Assembly (NCBI RefSeq): GCF_001194135.2
Contig: NC_068992.1
Coordinates: 49,701,933-49,742,346 of the forward strand
Reading direction: 5' to 3'
Origin: Octopus bimaculoides
Lineage: Eukaryota
DNA length: 40,414 bases
Part shown: piece after piece, positions 36,623-40,414 of the stretch
How positions within the stretch are numbered: the first letter of the stretch is position 1
Layout: each line of letters starts with the position of its first letter
Position numbers and translations under genes: made by a program
The notes under the pieces: generated by a model
What the model was told of the DNA's origin: nothing
Database searches by the model: none
The model's input: the letters and a program-made list of their open reading frames with translations, nothing else

Positions 36623-36849
36623 TTGCCAGTACTGCCTGACTGGCCTTCGTGCCGGTGGCACGTAAAAGCACCCACTACACTCTCGGAGTGGTTGGCATTA
36701 GGAAGGGCATCCAGCTGTAGAAACTCTGCCAAATCAGATTGGAGCCTTGTGTAGCCATCTTGTTTCACCAGTCCTCAGTCAAATCGTCCAACCCATGCTA
36801 GCATGGAAAGCGGACGTTAAACGACAATGATGATGATGATGATGATGAT
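36623..36849 (+). mobile_element. Young (GAT)n-tailed SINE 3' part
   Basis: Near-identical to 28978-29193. Confidence 0.9.
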
Positions 36850-36852
36850 ATA

Positions 36853-36948
36853 TACTCTTTTACTCTTTTACTTGTTTCAGTCATTTGACTGCGGCCATGC
36901 TGGAGCACCGCCTTTAGTCGAATCAAATCGACCCCAGGACTTATTCTT
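36853..36948 (-). mobile_element. SINE tail (19123 family), truncated by a gap
   Basis: TACTCTTTTACTTGTTTCAGTCATTTGACTGCGGCCATGCTGGAGCACCGCC. Confidence 0.9.
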
Positions 36949-37599
36949 NNNNNNNNNNNNNNNNNNNNNNNNNNNNNNNNNNNNNNNNNNNNNNNNNNNN
37001 NNNNNNNNNNNNNNNNNNNNNNNNNNNNNNNNNNNNNNNNNNNNNNNNNNNNNNNNNNNNNNNNNNNNNNNNNNNNNNNNNNNNNNNNNNNNNNNNNNNN
37101 NNNNNNNNNNNNNNNNNNNNNNNNNNNNNNNNNNNNNNNNNNNNNNNNNNNNNNNNNNNNNNNNNNNNNNNNNNNNNNNNNNNNNNNNNNNNNNNNNNNN
37201 NNNNNNNNNNNNNNNNNNNNNNNNNNNNNNNNNNNNNNNNNNNNNNNNNNNNNNNNNNNNNNNNNNNNNNNNNNNNNNNNNNNNNNNNNNNNNNNNNNNN
37301 NNNNNNNNNNNNNNNNNNNNNNNNNNNNNNNNNNNNNNNNNNNNNNNNNNNNNNNNNNNNNNNNNNNNNNNNNNNNNNNNNNNNNNNNNNNNNNNNNNNN
37401 NNNNNNNNNNNNNNNNNNNNNNNATATATATATATATAAAATGTCTATCTGCAACATGGGAAAGTGGAGTTGTTGATAGGAATATAAGCAAACGTTAGTG
37501 AATGGCAAGTGTATTTTGTTCAGTAGCCATAATACTGGGTGCCTATTCTCCACAGGCTATGGTAATACACATATTCTCTCCACAGACTATTAGAAGAAA

Positions 37600-38020
37600 T
37601 AAGGTGTGGTAGGGCAACAAACACCAATTAAATGGCGCCTCAGGGTTTCCTCTCAGATTTACGAGTATCATTAATTTACCGCATTTAAACGTTGTATACT
37701 AAATTTACATTTCTGAATGTACGTTTTGTTGTTCTCAAACACAAACACGTTAATTACGTTTTCCAGTTTCGACTATTTCACGTTCGGTTCTGTTTCAAAG
37801 TTTATTTTTGCATTTCACTTTCTCTTATTTCCATTTTTTTTTTCTTTTGGTTTTTGGAAATGTAAATACTTTATGTAATTTGTGTCAGTTTTATTCGACA
37901 TCTGGTACTGTAATCCTGGCAGCTCAATAGGTCTGAGGTATTTCAGAATTATCAAGTAAAAAAAAATGGAAAACTAGATAAAAATAAAAGAAAGAAGAAT
38001 AAAACGATGGCTGCCATCTT
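37600..38020. promoter_or_regulatory. Possible promoter: TE-free, CpG-retaining patch with YY1-like motifs
   Basis: AAATGGCG at 37630-37, GATGGCTGCCATC at 38006-18, and frequent CG against depleted flanks (judged by eye). Confidence 0.3.
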
Positions 38021-38750
38021 TATTTTATTTTATTTCTATTAACATGAGTATGATATACAATTGTAACTATTTCATTTTATAGGCACAGGACAGAGCAAGC
38101 AGTAAAAACAAGCTAGCTAATTTCATATTTAGCAAATATATTCAAAGTTGAAATGTTATCACTAACAGTAAAATTGAGTAAAACCCTGTCAGATATCTTT
38201 ATTTCTGCCAAGAAACTATCGTCTGCTACAAGCAATTACATAGACATTTTCCTGCTGAAACACTTTCTCCTTTAGGCTTCCTGGATGTCATTTCAAATTA
38301 GATTATGCCAGTATGATTCCTTGAATTGAAGAAAATTTCATTATCATTTCGTATGAGCTCAAACAGGTCTTATCTTGCGAAAGGAAATTAAGTTTCCTGC
38401 AGAATCTTATCTTCATGCAAATTTCAATGTTTATTTTGGCAGTAAAATTCTTCACAATTTTTAGGTCTTTTATTAAAATAGGTTCTTTGTTATGGTGAAC
38501 AAATATGTTTATATCACGATAGTGTAATGAAGAGAATTGGTTGCCTCACCTCTCATTATCAGCAATAGCCATTGAAATTCATGAGGTTGGCCAGGTGAAG
38601 TTTTGAACTTCATGCTTTTCTCACTGACATTATGATGAAATCTACCTCAAACTTACTGGTTTCATGAGGCTGGAGATAATCCAGATCTTCAGGATTGACA
38701 GTATAAAACTTCCCCTAAATGAGAAGCCAATTCTTTGTAGGGTTAACTCT

Positions 38751-38905
38751 CAGGTGCCACTGGTACTCATTTTAAACCGACTGTACTGGGCCTTTGTAAA
38801 ACAAAGTACCTTGCTCAAAGAACCAATGCATCGGCTGGCTGAGAATTGAACTCATGTCCTAATGACTGTGAGCCCAACACTTTAACCACTCATCCACACA
38901 CCACT
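38751..38905 (-). mobile_element. Old tRNA-derived SINE head with CORE-like block
   Basis: GTACCTTGCTCAA, GAATTGAACTC (B-box reverse complement), TTAACCACT. Confidence 0.7.
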
Positions 38906-39134
38906 AAAGTGAAAAACATCTCAGAATTACATATTCCACCACACAAGATTTATTTTGTGTCGTGTTGAACAAAAAGTAAAGCAAGAAACAAGAAAGGTGA
39001 AAAAAGGTAAAAAAGAAAAAAAAGAAAGGAAATAGAAAAAGAAAGGAAATAGAAAAAGAAAGGAAAAGACAAATCGTATTGAATAAAGAAATCATTTTAA
39101 CATTTGATTCAGTCTTGTTTTTATGCCAATTCTG

Positions 39135-39329
39135 CTTCTTCTTCTTCTTCTTCTTCTTCTTCTTCTTCTTCTTCTTCTTCTTCTTCTTCTTCTTCTTCTT
39201 CCCCTTCTTCTTCTTCTTCTTCCCCTTCTTCTTCCCCTTCTTCTTCTTCTTCTTCTTCTTCTTCTTCTTCTTCTTCTTCTTCTTCTTCTTCTTCTTCTTC
39301 TTCTTCTTCTTCTTCTTCTGCTTCTTCTT
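39135..39329. repeat. (CTT)n / (GAA)n repeat with three CCC interruptions
   Basis: Directly visible. Confidence 0.95.
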
Positions 39330-39754
39330 CATTTGTATCTTTCATAAGAAAACCTCTCCCTTGTTCTGTAGCAGCCATGCATGAAGCCACTCCAAAATCT
39401 ACACAGTTAATAAATAAATGCTGAGGGGGAATGATGTGAAGCCAGGGTGAGGTTAATAAGTTTTTGGTGAGAGAGAAATAGTTGAATCAGACGAAACAAT
39501 TAAGAATGGGTCAGTGATTCTAGAGCAAAGTTTGTGAGTTTGGAGAAGTTCTTACGTTGGAAAAAGAAGAAGAAGCATCTCAAGTTTTGGGGTTGTTCTT
39601 TTTGTCTGAGGAAGAGAGAGAAAGTCATTTTTTCCTCTTAATTTTCTTTTCTCTTTCTATCATTCAAAAGGACAGTCTTGGAACGTCATAGTCTTTTTCT
39701 ACTCACAGCAATTTTTGTCCACACAGTTTCCTAAGATTCTGTCTATTTTTTGTT

Positions 39755-39917
39755 GGTAGGTTTTGGGTTCAGTCCCACTGCATGTCATCCTGGGCAAATG
39801 TCTTCTACTATAGCCCCAAGGTGACCAAGGCCTTGTGAGTGGATTTGGTTGACAGAAACTGAAAGAAGTCCAGTGTGTATATACATACATACATGTGTGT
39901 GTGTGTGTCTTTGTGTT
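39755..39917 (+). mobile_element. SINE 5' part (same head as 28088-28580)
   Basis: GGGTTCAGTCCCACTG...TGGGCAAATGTCTTCTACTATAGCC...GGATTTGG...AACTGAAAGAAG. Confidence 0.8.
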
Positions 39918-40155
39918 ATGATTGTCTCTAAGTCCAGTCCATATGGACTGGACTTAGAGACGATGTTTTGGTATTTACTTTTTGTTCTTAATTTTTTTGT
40001 TCTTAATTTTTTTCCCTGAAGACGTGTAAGGCAAATTATATGTTTGGCTTAAATTTGACAGCCAAATATAGCCTTATACAGAAATGTTGACATAGGAATA
40101 AATCTCAATAATAATGGATATTAGCATCAAAACTCTCTTTTAAATTAAAACCTTT

Positions 40156-40159
<4 letters not shown>

Positions 40160-40203
<44 letters not shown>

Positions 40204-40414
40204 ATATGTGTGTGTGTATATATGTGTGTGTGTATATATGTGTGTGTGTATATGTGTGTGTGTATGTATGTGTGTGTATATATATGTATGTATATATGTA
40301 TGTATGTATATATGTATGTATGTATATATGTATGTATATATATATATATATATATGTATGCATATATATATATAAATGTATGTGTATATATATATATATG
40401 TATATGTGTATATA
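40160..40414. repeat. Compound (TA)/(TG)/(TATG) microsatellite
   Basis: Directly visible. Confidence 0.95.

Noticed and set aside
38657-38714. Minus-strand exon candidate GKFYTVNPEDLDYLQPHET (TTAG| ... A|GTAAGT)
   Set aside because: Protein-like, but its acceptor abuts a SINE relic, no compatible next exon was found and no family was recognised; needs RNA-seq.
39121-39390. Poly-Glu ORF (MASCMAATEQ...EEEE)
   Set aside because: It is the (GAA)n repeat read in frame; no splice or homology support.

Overview
Gap-rich (about 5.5 kb of N in 13 gaps), AT-rich, microsatellite-saturated eukaryotic draft sequence. The repeat families look like those I remember from octopus/cephalopod genomes; this is inference, not a database result. 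There is no complete protein-coding gene, no prokaryotic system, no CRISPR array and no rRNA or true tRNA gene. Nearly all ORFs in the supplied track are microsatellite or N-gap artefacts. The window is mostly intronic or intergenic DNA filled with tRNA-derived SINEs of several modular families, non-autonomous DNA transposons (mariner, hAT and piggyBac-like MITEs), an internally deleted DD37D/maT transposase relic, and 3' fragments of two RLE-type non-LTR retrotransposons (R4/Dong-like, HERO-like). The best gene signal is a probable signal-peptide first exon at 9726-9843 (+). Apparent CpG depletion from about 25.4 kb, broken by a CpG-retaining patch with YY1-like motifs at about 37.6-38.0 kb, hints at a methylated gene body and a promoter. 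Other items worth checking: nested TE stacks with readable insertion order, a SINE insertion whose empty site survives in a paralog, inverted repeat pairs that could be ADAR substrates, hammerhead-core-like motifs, and several short isolated palindromes. I found no convincing novel biological system.
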